From positions 310,001 through 374,000 of the forward strand of contig CP060755.1 of assembly GCA_023205875.1 (NCBI GenBank): a stretch of DNA of 64,000 nt, written 5' to 3'. The notes under the pieces were generated by a model. The model was not told where the DNA came from. It saw only the letters and a program-made list of their open reading frames with translations, and searched no databases. The translations under genes and the position numbers were made by a program. Below, piece after piece: positions 8,778 to 21,160 of the stretch. Every line of letters starts with the position of its first letter. The first letter of the stretch is position 1. The stretch comes from Chloropicon primus. Its lineage: Eukaryota.

Positions 8778-9245
8778 ATGTTGCTGGCGACGGCGAGGAC
8801 GAGGTTGCAGCAGCAGCACGACGACGCGCTTGTTGTCAGGCCTGGCTCCATCGAGGGGGTTTGGGTCCCGCCGGACGAGGAGTCGAGGGTGACGATCCGC
8901 AGGGACGGGAGCGGGCGGTTCTTCGGGCACATCTCGTGGCTGAAGGACACGTCCCGCGCCGGCCAGCTCGACTTCAGGAACCCGAGGAGGGAGCTCCGGG
9001 ACCGGAAGCTCCTCGGCCTGCCGATTCTCGTGGACTTTCGCGAGGACGCCGGGCGTCGCGGTCGGGCCAAGTCCCTGGAGAGCGGGAAGATCTACGACCC
9101 CGCGAGGGGCTGGAGCGTGAGGGGGAAGCTCCTTCTGAACGAGGAGACGGACGAGCTCCGGGTGGAGGGCTGGGTCGGGCTCGGCCCGCTCCGGGTCTCC
9201 AGGTCCTACACCTGGTCGAGGTTCAAGAGGACGACGAAAGACTGA
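8778..9245 (+). CDS. DUF2147-like protein
   Basis: IEGVW..GHISWL..DFRNP..LRDRKLLGLPIL..GKIYDP..G..LRVEGWVG..SYTWSR matches the DUF2147 pattern. Confidence 0.75.
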   Translation: MLLATARTRLQQQHDDALVVRPGSIEGVWVPPDEESRVTIRRDGSGRFFGHISWLKDTSRAGQLDFRNPRRELRDRKLLGLPILVDFREDAGRRGRAKSLESGKIYDPARGWSVRGKLLLNEETDELRVEGWVGLGPLRVSRSYTWSRFKRTTKD

Positions 9246-9445
9246 GCGACAACAGGGACAACGACGACGACGTATTCTTTCTTTTTTTTCGTTTCCTTTC
9301 TCCTCGCAAGGGAGGAGGCCGATTGTTGTGGGGTGCGCGCGCGCGCGTGTGTTTTAATTTTTCTTCATATACATATTATACTCCCTTTTCTCTTAAAAGT
9401 CGTCGTCGTCTTCTTCTTCATCCACTCACAACAGCCTCCTCCTCC

Positions 9446-10696
9446 TCACAACTTGGACCGCCCCTGGGAGCTCCTCTTCGCCAGCTGCTTCATGATCTGC
9501 TCCTTCTTCAGCAGAGCGGTGTTCCACACCGCGACGTAGTTCAGCCCGCTGTCCGTGGAGTTCTCCCTCGAGTGGAGCAAGACGTGCTTCGTTCCCTGGA
9601 CGGCGTACTCGTCCTTCCGCGCCAAGCTGATGGCGAGCTCGTGGCAGCCCCGCAGCAGGGACTGGTGGTCCGGGAAGGTGCGAGTCACGAGGTGCATCTG
9701 CCTGGCCTCCGTGCCACTGAAGTCCCTCGCGGTGAGGGCAAGGTCCGCAGCGATGCCGTGGCCCGTGATGTGGGGCAACCTGCAACAAACTCTCGACGGT
9801 CAGTTCACATCGCAATAATTCGTCTCCTTCTCTCTCCTTCTCTCTCTCCCCTTACCTCTGGAGAGTCCCCAAGTCTGCGGCGAGGCCCACGTCCACTTCC
9901 TTGACCGAGAAGACGGCGTCCTCCGTGGAGTAACGGACGTCGCAGGCCGTGATGATGTCGATGCCAGCGCCGTAGCAGCACCCGTGAACAGCGGCGACGA
10001 CGGGAACTGGACCGCGTGTGAAGGGCAAACGCGAAGGCATTTTTAGTCAGCACGCCAGCAAGAACTCCCGCGGCACCGCACCGAGAAACTCACCTCTGCA
10101 CTTCTCCAGCGAAGTGATGCTTTCCTGCATCATCAACACGAGCTCTCTGAACTTGAGCGCATCGTCCACCTTGTTTCCTAGAAGTTTTTTTTTTTTAGCC
10201 AAGAAGACGACGAGCGGAGAGCAAAGAGGGGGGCAAACGTCAGGCACCGCGCGATCCACCTGTCTCTCTTCCCCGATCATCCTCCCCAGCGTGCCTGCTT
10301 ACCATCCAGGTCGAGTATCGCGTTCAGGACGCCCAGGTCGATGCCCGTGCAAAAGTGCTTCCCGAGACCACGGAGGACGATCACCTTGACGTCCTTCTCG
10401 AGCTGGCAGACGACCTCGGGGAGCTGCCGCCACATGTCGAGATTCTTCGTTTCCCGACCCCACACCCGCGCGAAGAAGAAGGAGAGAGAGAGAGAGAGAG
10501 AAAAAGAGGGTTTGTTGTGTTGGTTGGGTCAGTTTCTGGCTGGATTGTGCTCGCTCGCTTGCTTGGGCACACGCGTTGGGCGACGACGACGAGAGATCGT
10601 GGCACGTACCACCGCGTTCCCGCGCTTGGGCCTGTTAAAGGCGATGAAACCCACGAGGTTGTCCTCATCCCTCGTCACCTCGAAGTTGGCCTCCAT
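9446..10696 (-). CDS. Delta(3,5),delta(2,4)-dienoyl-CoA isomerase / enoyl-CoA hydratase family, 5 exons, peroxisomal
   Basis: FNRPKRGNA, GKHFCTGIDL, PVVAAVHGCCYGAGIDIITACDVR, KEVDVGLAADLGTLQR; C-terminal SKL (PTS1). Confidence 0.88.
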
Positions 10697-10802
10697 CGCG
10701 ATAATTATGTTCCCCCCTTTCCCGGGAAATCAAGGAGCGGAGGGCTGCGCAGGAGTCCGGTCTGGAGCGTACGGCGGACGAGGACGGCGAGGACGAGGAC
10801 AA

Positions 10803-11218
10803 GCGGGGTGATGGGTTGTGGACGATGAAAGGAGCAGCCTTGCGTGCCTACACGTTTCAAGACTCCAGATTCTGACACAGCCCACCAACCAAGCCTCGCC
10901 ACCGCCGGGGTGAGCTCCGACACGCCTGCATGAAAGTGTTTTACACTCGGCGCGGCTCCTCCCTCTTCGGGTAGGGGAGTAGCGCGGACGGTTTCGATTC
11001 GCATGGGGGAGGGCCGCAGATTACAATCGAAGGTACTTGATGGGGGTTACCCCTGCGTGATGGTATCGTATTAATCACAATGATGTTACAGCACGCAGAC
11101 GCAGCGCAGGCCGTAGCTCTGGCGAAGTCCTGCGGGTGCGTCCATGAGTGTGAGCGCTCTCACCAGCGATCACACGAGGATTCTAAATTTGCAATTTGCT
11201 AAACTGATATGTGTATGT
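10803..11218 (+). repeat. Structured non-coding dispersed repeat, copy A
   Basis: Colinear with 50657-51135; its 3' half matches the reverse complement of 45076-45318. Confidence 0.9.
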
Positions 11219-11267
11219 GACGAGTCTCTTCGTCGGTCAAATTAAGAAGGCCGGACGGCCGGCCGTC

Positions 11268-12722
11268 TCACGCCCCCAGCTCGATCTTTGGCCTCAAAGC
11301 GCCCTTCCCGTCCTTCATCATCTGTACAAACTGGTCGAAAGCGACGTCGGCGTCGTGGGGCCCCGGGCTCGACTCGGGGTGGTACTGGATGGTCAGCACA
11401 TTCATCTCCTCGGAGACCATTCCCGCGACGGTTCCGTCGTTCAGGTTCACGTGGGTGACCTTGACGGATTCCGGGAGGGTCGCCGGGTCGACGGCAAAGT
11501 TGTGGTTCTGGGCGCTGATCTCGATGGCGTCCGTCAACGAGTTCTTGATCGGGTGGTTGCCGCCGTGGTGGCCGAACTTGAGCTTGAAGGTCGTTCCGCC
11601 GAACGCCTGCCCCAGGATCTGGTGCCCCATGCAGATGCCGAAGCACGGGAGCTTGCCGATGATGTTCTTGGCGTTCTCGACGGCGTAGGGGGCGGCGCTA
11701 GGGTCGCCCGGGCCGTTGCTGAAGAAGACCCCGTCCGGGTTCATCGCCATGACGTCCTCCCAGGGGTGGTCCGCCGGGACCACCGTGATCTTGCAGCCCC
11801 TGGACGACAGCCTCTTCAAGATGTTGCTCTTGATTCCGTAGTCGTACGCGACGACTCTGAGGGGAGCGCCCTCGCCTCCGGAGGCCGCCTCGCCTCCCAT
11901 GCCCATGATCCCTTGGAACTCCCACTCCTCCTCCGTCTGCTCGCTCCACTCGTAGGGCTCCTCGCAGGTGACCTCCTTGAGGAGGTCCTTGCCCAGGATG
12001 CTCCACTCGGCGGCCATGCTCTTGAGCTCCTCGTCCGGGACGGAGGAGTCCGTGCAGACCACTCCGACCAGCGACCCGGTGTCCCTCAGCTGCCTCGTCA
12101 GCTGCCTCGTGTCCACCCCCGCGATTCCGACCACCTCCTGCCTCTTGAGGTACTCGTCCAAGGTCTCCTTGGACCTGTAGTTGCTCACCGTCTCGGACAG
12201 GTGCCTCACCACCACCCCCTTCAGGTGGCACCCCGCGGAGCACTCCATGTCTCCCTCGTTGATCCCAACGTTTCCGATGTGAGGCTGGGTGAAGCACACC
12301 ATCTGCCCGTGGTAGCTGGGGTCCGTGAGAATCTCCTGGTACCCCGTGAGCGACGTGTTGAACACGACCTCCGCGAGGTAGACCTTGGACTCGGTGTGGC
12401 CGAACGCGTACCCGGGGAACACCTCGCCGTTCTCCAAAACGAGCCTCGCGTCGTTCTCCCTCCACGGCTTGTCCCCGCTCGCCGTCGCCGCGCACGCGTT
12501 CGAGTTGTTCCTCCCAAGCCCCGACGCCGATGGAATCGCCACAGGGCACAACCCCCTTCCAACAACCTTCGACCCTCCTGACCTCTGCCCTATCCTCCTA
12601 ATCCTCCTCCCGACCTCCCCCTTTTTCGCAAACGAACCCGCGGCCGCGCTCCTCCTCTTACCAACCTCCTTGGACGGAGTCGTCCCCTTCCACGCCATCG
12701 TCTCAGAACGTCCCAACGCCAT
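11268..12722 (-). CDS. carA: Carbamoyl-phosphate synthase small subunit with N-terminal targeting-like extension
   Basis: EVVFNTSLTGYQEILTDPSY, SNGPGDP, FGICMGHQ, QYHPESSPGPHD. Confidence 0.97.
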   Translation of the reverse strand: MALGRSETMAWKGTTPSKEVGKRRSAAAGSFAKKGEVGRRIRRIGQRSGGSKVVGRGLCPVAIPSASGLGRNNSNACAATASGDKPWRENDARLVLENGEVFPGYAFGHTESKVYLAEVVFNTSLTGYQEILTDPSYHGQMVCFTQPHIGNVGINEGDMECSAGCHLKGVVVRHLSETVSNYRSKETLDEYLKRQEVVGIAGVDTRQLTRQLRDTGSLVGVVCTDSSVPDEELKSMAAEWSILGKDLLKEVTCEEPYEWSEQTEEEWEFQGIMGMGGEAASGGEGAPLRVVAYDYGIKSNILKRLSSRGCKITVVPADHPWEDVMAMNPDGVFFSNGPGDPSAAPYAVENAKNIIGKLPCFGICMGHQILGQAFGGTTFKLKFGHHGGNHPIKNSLTDAIEISAQNHNFAVDPATLPESVKVTHVNLNDGTVAGMVSEEMNVLTIQYHPESSPGPHDADVAFDQFVQMMKDGKGALRPKIELGA

Positions 12723-13196
12723 CCCTCACCCCCCCCTCTCTCACACACAGGCCAGGCCTCTCTCTCTCTTCTCGCGCACGCCTCTCCAAACGGCGGCCCT
12801 CAGCGGAGTTCCGAGTTCGTCTCTCGCTCTCCCGCCTCTCGCCTAACGCCTCGCACAGAACACACCCCTCCACGATCCACCCTTCGCTTCGCGCCCAGCA
12901 TTGCGGATCAAGGGTGATCGGTGCGAGGCGATGGGCGTCGTTCGAGAGGCGACCCTCGATCCAACCCCTTGAGCTCGTCCCCCCCTCCTCCCCGTCGTCC
13001 TCGTCCCCACCACCGCCTCTATCGCCTCGCGCCTGGAACCTCCATCTCGCCCTTCAATCCAGAAGAAGAAGAAGACGAGAAGATCCGACGGCTGAGACAA
13101 GATCTAACGAATTTTGAAAGCGACCCGGCGCCTCGCCTTGGGAAGCGACCAGGGACTGACGGTTTGGAGTCGAGGGCGAAAGGCACGAGGGTCAAG

Positions 13197-14831
13197 ATGG
13201 CGGCGGTGGAGTCCGTGGGAGCCTTGTGGTACTACGTGCTGGGCACGGTGTTCGTGGCGGCGTTCGTTTGCGCGCAGTTCCTCACGGGGAAGCCCAAGTA
13301 CGCGATACCGAGTAAGGACAGGAAGAAGAGGCTCCCGCCTCTGATGGACTGCGGGGTGGTTCCGGGGCTCGGGGGGCTCGTCAAATTCGTCAAAGGTACG
13401 AGGAAATGGGCGACATTGACGCATTCGGCAAGATTCTGACAAGATCTTCTTCTCTCGTCTCGTCTCATCTCTCTCTTCATCGTCGTCGTCATATTCATAT
13501 CAAAAGGTCCCCTCTCCGTGATGAAGGAGGCGTACGGCAAGTACGGAGAGGTCTTCACCGTCCCGGTGGGCAGCAAGAGGATGACCTTCCTCATCGGCCC
13601 CTGGGCGAGCGTCCACTTCTTCAGGGGGAGCGACGAGGTCATCTCCCAGAAGGAGGTGTACGAGTTCAACGTGCCAACTTTCGGCAAGGGCGTCGTCTTC
13701 GACGTGGACCACAGGCTGAGGAGGGAGCAGTTCAAGTTCTTCGCGGAGGCTCTGAGGCCCGCCAAGATGAGGAGCTACGTGAACCAGATGGTCATGGAGG
13801 CGGAGTTGTTCTTCGACAAGTGGGGCGAGACCGGCGAGATCGACATCCTCCACGAGCTGAGCAGCCTGATCATCAACACGGCCTCCAGGTGCCTCCTCGG
13901 CAGGGAGGTGAGGGAGAACCTCTTCGAGGAGGTCTACCGCCAGTTCCACTTCCTCGACATGGGAATGCAGCCCATCTCCGTGCTCTTCCCTTACCTTCCC
14001 ATCAAGGCCCACAGGGACAGGGACAGGGCGAGGAAGGAGATGAGCGACATCTTCATGAAGATCATCAAGGCGAGGAGGGCGCAGCCCGCCGACGCCGCCA
14101 AGGAGGACGACGTGCTGCAGACCTTCGTGGAGGCAAGGTACAGCGAGACTTACGGAGGGAGGGAGATGACCCCGGACGAGATCACGGGAATGCTGATCGC
14201 CGCCCTGTTCGCGGGGCAGCACACCTCGAGCATCACTTCCACCTGGACGGCGCTTTACCTGTTCTCAGAAAAGTACAGGCACAAGTTCTTGCCCCAGCTC
14301 TTGCAGGAGCAGAGGGACATCATTAAGGAGCACGGGGAGGAGCTGAATTACGACATCCTTTCCAAGATGGACTACCTCCACAGAGCCATGAAGGAGGCTT
14401 TGAGACTGCACCCGCCTTTGATTATGCTGATGCGGTACGTTCATGAGGGCTTTGACGCGGAGACGTCCAAGGGCGAGAAGATTCACGTTCCAAAGGGGGA
14501 CATCATCTGCACTTCCCCAACTTTTGCGCACAGACTCGAGTCGGTCTACAGCAACAGCCTGGAGTATGATCCACACAGGTTCGGACCCGGGCGGGAGGAG
14601 GACAAGAAGAGGCCCTTCTCCTTCATCGGCTTTGGGGGCGGAAGGCACAGCTGCATGGGAGAGACTTTTGCCTACATGCAGGTCAAGGTCCTCATGAGCG
14701 TCTTGCTGAGGAAGTTCGACTTCGAGCTGCTCTCCAACAACGGCGCGATCCCAGAGCCAAACTACGACGCGATGGTTGTCGGACCCAGGCAGCCCTGCAA
14801 GGTCAGGTTCACCAAGAAGAAAAGCCTGTAG
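13197..14831 (+). CDS. CYP51: Sterol 14-alpha-demethylase (cytochrome P450 CYP51); intron 13396-13506
   Basis: YEFNVPTFGKGVVFD, FAGQHTS, EALRLHPP, FGGGRHSCMGE; N-terminal TM anchor. Confidence 0.96.
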
Positions 14832-14964
14832 AGATCCTGTCCTTGCTCGAAGTCGAGGAGAAAAGCGGGAAAGGCTACGGCGTTGTTCTATTAAAAAAAA
14901 TGTGTTGTACTGGTTGTAAATCCAATGACAGTTTTTGTTCTTGCCACACACCACACACACTCTC

Positions 14965-16501
14965 TCACGTGTTTTGCAGGGAGTTTCTGAGGCCTCTCCT
15001 CGACAGAGATCCTCCTGAACCCACCGACGCGGCCGCGGCAGTGAAGTCGTAATATGCGTTGCGCCGGGCAGAGGATGGGGTGAAGCTCGTGGCAATCGCT
15101 TGAGGCTCGGTGGCGCCAACTCCGATGTCCACGGCTTGAGTCGATTCCCCCGGCGTGTAGAAGACTTCGTCGACCTCCAAGTCAGAAGAATCCTCCTGAG
15201 ACTTCTCATCACCCCTTCCGTAAGTGATTGTGCCCATGACCAGCACCACGAAACCAGCGGCTTGAAGGTAGCTGTAACTCGTCCACGCCTCTCCAAGAGG
15301 CTCGCCGTAGAGCTTGACGTTAGCGTAGTACATCACCAAGCCCACCATCCAAGCAAGCAGAGTTCGAGTGGTTTCCAGAATGCTTCGAAAGAGGGCGCCG
15401 AGGTGGCCCGTCACTTGCATCCCCAGGACGTTGTAAAACAGCATCACAAAAGCGGTGAACACCAGCGTGACGGCGATGAGGTGGTCGGGCGTTTTGAAGA
15501 TCATGTGAAGGGAGTCTTCCGTGTTCTCCAGCTTCCCCCCCACGTCGCTGCCAGGGAGTTTCTGGGCCGCAGGCAGAACGATCAGGCACTGGAGCAGGGT
15601 CCCGTAGAGTCCCTCCAACCCCACGACGAGCGTCGGTTTCATGAAATCCAGATTCTTCATGAAGTGCTCCTCGAAGCAGATCTGGCCCGCTTGGATGGCC
15701 TGGGAGAGGATGATCAAGCCTATCCCAAGAACCTGCTGTGCTTTCGTCCCCGTGTCGTTCTGCTGTGGCGCCAAGACGCTGGCGATCCCGACCATCGTGA
15801 TCCCGGCTAACGCGAGGCAGATCCCGATGTAGTGGAGCTTGTACAGCTTCTTGCCGAGGAACAGGACGGAGAAGATGGCCGCAAAGATAAGCTCCGCCCC
15901 CCTCATCATCTGGTAGATCGAGACCGTGACGTAGAGCAGGCCGATGGACATGAGCACTGTCGCGACCAGGTCAAAGCACGACGGGATCATGATCATCAGC
16001 ATGCCAAGGACTTGACTGCAGTTGTACGGCCCCTCCTCGTCGTCCTCCTCGCATCCTTCGTCCTCCCCCTTGTTCTCGATCAGCGCCTTGAGGTACGCAT
16101 TGTCCTCCCCGCCCAAGGAGGGGTCGTCCATGTACCGCCTGTACCCCTCTCTCTTGTCGCTGCTGCCCCTCTTGGCTCTCGCTCGCTTCAAGCAGCTCGA
16201 AGCGAGGTTCCCGGCGTAAAGGAACAGGCAGCCCGACATTCCAACGAACATCACGAGGACGCAGAACCACGGCTTGTGGAACGGCACAAGCTCGCCCTTG
16301 AGGTTCAAACCCCTCACCTCGAAATTCACCTTGCGTGCGAAGAGAGGACGGGAGAGAGAGAGAGAGAGAAAAGCCGTTTCAGTTCAGATACTCCGTCAAC
16401 ACGAGCACGTGGAGACTTACCTTGGACATGATGCTCGACACGGTCCCAAAAGTCAGCATTCCAAGCACCGCCACCCACTTGGACGCCCCTGCTGCTGCCA
16501 T
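14965..16501 (-). CDS. SLC35F6-like / DMT-family transporter; intron 16330-16420
   Basis: FHKPWFCVLVMFVGM, PSCFDLVAT, SIYQMMRG, VGLEGLYG; multiple TM helices. Confidence 0.85.
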
Positions 16502-17022
16502 CGTGACAAGAGACTCTGTCACAAGAGACTCTCTCTCTCTCTCTCTCTCTCTCTCGATCCCACACCTCTTTTCGCGGCCTCAAATCCTCACCAGATCGTC
16601 GTCTCTTTCGAGCGAGAGCTCTTTTGAAAGAGCGAGAGATGACGCGTCCGCTAGGCTTTCTTGCGCTCCCTTCCTTCCCGACACCCGTCCACGCCTCTCC
16701 CCCTCCCTCTCCTCCTTGACAAGGACTCCTCCTTGTGTAACGCGCAGAGGAAGCTGAATGAAGTGTTCGTGTTTTGCATCGGCCAAAAGCCAGAGAGCGC
16801 TCAGCCACACAAAAGCCGCGCAGATCGTCCTCGTCGTGGTCGCGCTCATCGCTCATCTTTGGTTGACGATAACGTAGCGAGAGGAGAGGGAGCGAGGAGT
16901 AGGATTGGTTCGTCCTCTCGTCCTCTTCCTCTTTACGCTGCCTCAAATCCTCCTGAATGAGAAGCTTGGCGTTGTCTTGTTTCTCTTTCGATTGAGGCCT
17001 CGTCGCTCAGGTTTTTGCCAGT

Positions 17023-17820
17023 ATGGCGCCTCGCGAGAGGGAGGAGAAGGTGTCCTCGAAGCGGTGCCTTGGAACGCTGCTGGCGCACTACGTGAAGCAC
17101 AGCCACACCAAGGATGGGAAGGAGCAGGTGATAGCGAAAGGGCCCAATTGTTACGGGGTGAGTTGGAAAACGGAGGGACGGGTCGTGCGGGAGAAGAACG
17201 CCGTGACGCTGGACGCTGTGGAGAAGGAGCTTGGGAAGACTGGAGTTCCCTTGAAGCTGGACTGGGGTTGCATGGGGATAAGCTCGTATAACACTCGCGC
17301 GACTTCGAGGGGCGGGGGAAAGGTCGAGCTCCCCCAGTGCGGAGGAATAGAACTGATAATGTCGAACGAACTGGAGTTCGTGCCCGATAGGAGGTAAGCA
17401 AAGGAAAACGTTCGTTCGTTCTGCGCTCTCGTCGTTGAGGGCTCTCGGTCTTGGAGTGGCGCGAAAAAGTCGCTGACACGCCGCCTCTCGTTGCTTTTTC
17501 ACGTCTCTTCGCGTCGCAGAGAGGGGCAGCAGCAGCGCCAGCAGCCTGGTAACAGGGGGAAGCCAAAAGGGTCTGCGGTGGCGCAAGACAGGGGGAAGGG
17601 GGTGGACAAGGAGCGGCTTCCGAACCCGCAATCTGTGAATGTCGACGAGCAGTTCGAGGAGCTCAAGAGCTTCTGCGTCTCTTTCGTCAAGGTGCAGAAA
17701 AAGATCATTTTCAAGATGGGTGAGAACGTTGGTTTGGTGGCGGGGGTGTTCAAGAAAACGCTTCAGACCGCGAACGAAGAAGTTAGGAAGGCTGTATTCG
17801 GGGACGAGAAGAAGAGCTGA
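17023..17820 (+). CDS. Hypothetical protein, 2 exons (intron ~17394-17519)
   Basis: GTAAG donor and GCAG acceptor join two ORFs in frame; coding-like composition. Confidence 0.55.
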
Positions 17821-17870
17821 GAACCGCTCTCTGTCCGTCTGTTATTATCTTAAGTTTGTATGTCATATAG

Positions 17871-18960
17871 TTAGCTTTTTCTTGGTGAGGGCCGTGCCTT
17901 CTGCAGCACGCGAGGAAAGATCCCCTTGGACCGCACCTCCACCAGGCGGTCGGAGCAAATCGAAAGGGCGCAGAGGATCGTTTTTCTGTCGACGGCCCCT
18001 AGGCTTGTGCACAGAATCACTATCTTTGGAGCTCTCAGGTCGACCGTGGCGTTCTTGAAGCGCTCTTGAAACGTGCTCGCCAATACCGACCTCACATCGA
18101 CCTTTTTGTGTTCCGGGTCCCCGCTGATACCGGCGACTTTGTGGGCCTTGTACGCCACAGCAAAGGTGAGGCCCGCCTCGCTATCGAGGTTGGTCCCGGA
18201 GACGATGCCCTCGAACGCTGCCTTGATCTCGCTGTCCCCATACGTGCACAGCGCTTGAACGGGAAAGAAGCGTTGGCAAAACTTCGGCGCTGGTTCAGAA
18301 CTCGCCAGCTTGTCGAGAATCTTCTCGAGCAGCAACGGGGCGTCTAGCCCGTCACTCTTCCCTCCCCCCGACTTCCCCTTCAATCTCAACAGGCAGTTTC
18401 CAAGGGTGTGAACCTTCACACATTGGTATGTGAAACTGCCTCTCTCAAGGACTTTCTCGATAATCTTCTGAGCCTCGACCGTCGCGCTCTTCTCCCTCTT
18501 GAAGGGGCAAGTGACAAGGAACCCGCACGTTGGCCCCACCACGTCCCTGACTAGCGAAGCGGGGACCCGCGGCAAGGTGAACAAGCACCACGCAACAAAA
18601 CCGTTAGCGAAGGAGGTGGCCACCCGCTGCTGAGACACAGGAGACAGACCTGTCTCTGGCCGACATACCGTTGTACTCGAAGCGAGAGAGGGGCTCATCG
18701 AAGCCATCGCCGCGGTCCACAGCCCCATCCGCAAAAGTACTTTGCGACGCCTTCGCTTCGAAATAAGCGTGACCCTTGCGAGACAACACCATCTTCATGG
18801 CCCCCTGTGGTGTCGTCGTCGTTGATTCCCCTCCCTCCACCTTCCGCCTCTTCATCGCACCCGATTCCTTCTCCGTCCCCTCGACGCCATCCCCTCGTCC
18901 TCGTCCACCTTCCTGCACCTCCGCCTCCTCCACACCAACCCCTCCCTCCACCGCCACCAT
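17871..18960 (-). CDS. THUMP-domain protein; intron ~18551-18668
   Basis: GFLVTC..REKSATVEA, KFCQRFFPVQ, TFAVAYK, VDLRAPKIVI. Confidence 0.75.
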
Positions 18961-19306
18961 CGATACCGTCCTCTCCTCAGCAGCGAGCGCACCCCCGGGT
19001 CTTAATCTTCTTCGCTCCCTCGCTCCGCTCTCGTGCCGGTTCTGTGAGCGATTGGAGGTCCGCCGAGGAGTGGGTGGACGCGAAGACGAATCGAAGCATT
19101 GAGGGGGAGGGCTGGTTCCTTGATTGAGTCTGTGTCTGTGCCGAGGAGTTCCCTCTTTCTCGTCCTGGACCTTGTTATCGACCAGTCCAAGGCGTTTGCT
19201 TTTCATTCGTTTACCTCCTCTTCTTCTTCTTCTTCTTCTTCTTCTTCTTCTTCTTCCTCATCTTGGGTTTGGTGTTGAAGGGAGGGAAGAGGGGGGTACG
19301 GTAGGC

Positions 19307-20809
19307 ATGGTGGGGGGAGACAGTGAGTACGGCTACCACAATACGCGGACTCGGGCGGCCCACGCCCAGAACGACGCCATAATACACAAGACGTTCGAGG
19401 AGTACACGCGTCTTCGCGAGGGGATAAGAGAGGCCGAGCTCGCAGAACAGAGGAGGGACAAGCTCGGGGGGAGCTTGACGAGTACAAGTTCGGGCGCATA
19501 CGGTTCTGGTTCCTCCCCGCTTTCTCTGAGAGACAGGGAATACGTTAGTTCTTCTCCTCCCGAGGCCAGGCGGGTGCAGACACGCACCTCCAGCCAGGGA
19601 CTCTCGGGCCTCCGGAGCAGGAGCACGTACACGACGAGCGACTTGAAAACAACAAGCAGCGCCTATGGAAACTTCCCGAAAACCAGGGAGGTGTACTCCT
19701 CCCTGACCTCGGCAGCGCGAAGGAGCAGTTCGGATAGGACCAAAGGCACCGCCACCAGCAGCGCGTCGTCGCAGAAAGAATTGGACAAGAAGGCTTGTGT
19801 TGGCCTTTCCAACTTGGGCAACACGTGCTTCATGAATAGCATTCTCCAGTGCCTCTTCGGGGTGAAGGAGTTGGGAGAATTTTTTAGCGACGACGTGGAG
19901 ACAGGCCAGATCGTCAGGAACAGGGAGAACAAGGTGGCCAAGGCATTCCAAGAGCTTGTCAGGAAAGTGCTTGGGAGCGACATTGGCTCCGTGGTGAGCC
20001 CGAGCGGTTTCCACGAGAAGGTGAAGATGAAAGACCGAAAGTGGGGGGGAATGAGGCAGCACGATTCTCAAGAATTTTTGCAGTTCTTGCTCAACGTTCT
20101 GCGCGAGCAGTGCAACAGGATTGCCGAGAAGAAGCCAAAGTACAAGGAGTTGGATGGCAAGGGAAGCCAGGAAGACCAAGCGCACGAGGCCCTGAAGTAC
20201 TACAAGAGCTGGCACGACAGCGTGATTGATGACATCTTCGGCGGTTTGCTCGAGTCAAGCATCACTTGCGACAATTGCAACCACATAAGCTACTGCTTTG
20301 ACCCTTTCCTAGATCTCTCTGTCCCCGTCCCCGGGAGCGGAATGAACAGCAGCAGCGTGAACCTCCACGACTGCTTATCCAAGTTCACTGAGAAGGAGAA
20401 ATTGGAGGACATCGAGGGATACAAGTGCGAGAAGTGCAAGAAGCAGAGCACTGCTTGCAAGAAGCTGACAGTGTACAAGATGCCGCGAGTCGTCATCCTT
20501 CACTTGAAGCGTTTCTCGGGGGGAGGCTTCTCCAGGTTTTCAAGGTTCTCGAAAAACTCTGCGAGAGTTTCTTTCCAAATGGAGCTCGATTTCGGGAGGT
20601 ATTGCTACTCCAGCAGCGAGCCGTCGAGGTACAGGCTTTTTGCCATCTCCCACCATTCTGGTAGCCTGACTGGAGGACACTACTATGCTGAAGTTGAGAA
20701 CGCCTACGACGGGTGTTGGTACAACTTCAACGACTCCATGGTGACCAACTGCCGACAACCGGACACGAGCTCGTCCACGGCTTATGTTCTGTTCTATCGA
20801 AGAATCTAA
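19307..20809 (+). CDS. Ubiquitin-specific protease (USP/UBP)
   Basis: Cys box GLSNLGNTCFMNSILQCL, QHDSQEFL, LHLKRF, His box HHSGSLTGGHY, WYNFNDS. Confidence 0.95.
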   Translation: MVGGDSEYGYHNTRTRAAHAQNDAIIHKTFEEYTRLREGIREAELAEQRRDKLGGSLTSTSSGAYGSGSSPLSLRDREYVSSSPPEARRVQTRTSSQGLSGLRSRSTYTTSDLKTTSSAYGNFPKTREVYSSLTSAARRSSSDRTKGTATSSASSQKELDKKACVGLSNLGNTCFMNSILQCLFGVKELGEFFSDDVETGQIVRNRENKVAKAFQELVRKVLGSDIGSVVSPSGFHEKVKMKDRKWGGMRQHDSQEFLQFLLNVLREQCNRIAEKKPKYKELDGKGSQEDQAHEALKYYKSWHDSVIDDIFGGLLESSITCDNCNHISYCFDPFLDLSVPVPGSGMNSSSVNLHDCLSKFTEKEKLEDIEGYKCEKCKKQSTACKKLTVYKMPRVVILHLKRFSGGGFSRFSRFSKNSARVSFQMELDFGRYCYSSSEPSRYRLFAISHHSGSLTGGHYYAEVENAYDGCWYNFNDSMVTNCRQPDTSSSTAYVLFYRRI

Positions 20810-21160
20810 GCGAGCCAGGCATCGGACAGGCTTTGTTCTTGTCCATAACTTATGGTTATTCCATCTATATTTTATTTGTTACGAACTTGGGAGAGACAGA
20901 CAAAGCAGAGCAGAGAGGGACAAGGCGAAGCACTGGACGAGAGGCTGTGGGTGCGACTCGAATGGCTGCTGGTTGGACGCGTGGCTTTCACATGAAGACG
21001 ACGTCCTTGTCATGCTCTTCAGGCAAGGGTGACAAAGTGGACTACACCCTTGGTAGCCATAACCTTGCGAAGAAGAGCCTAAGCAGTTCAGTTGGGTGGG
21101 TCGAGAGGAAAGTGTGAAGAAACTCAGAGGGGCTTCCTTCGGGGGCTAGCCACCGGGGCG

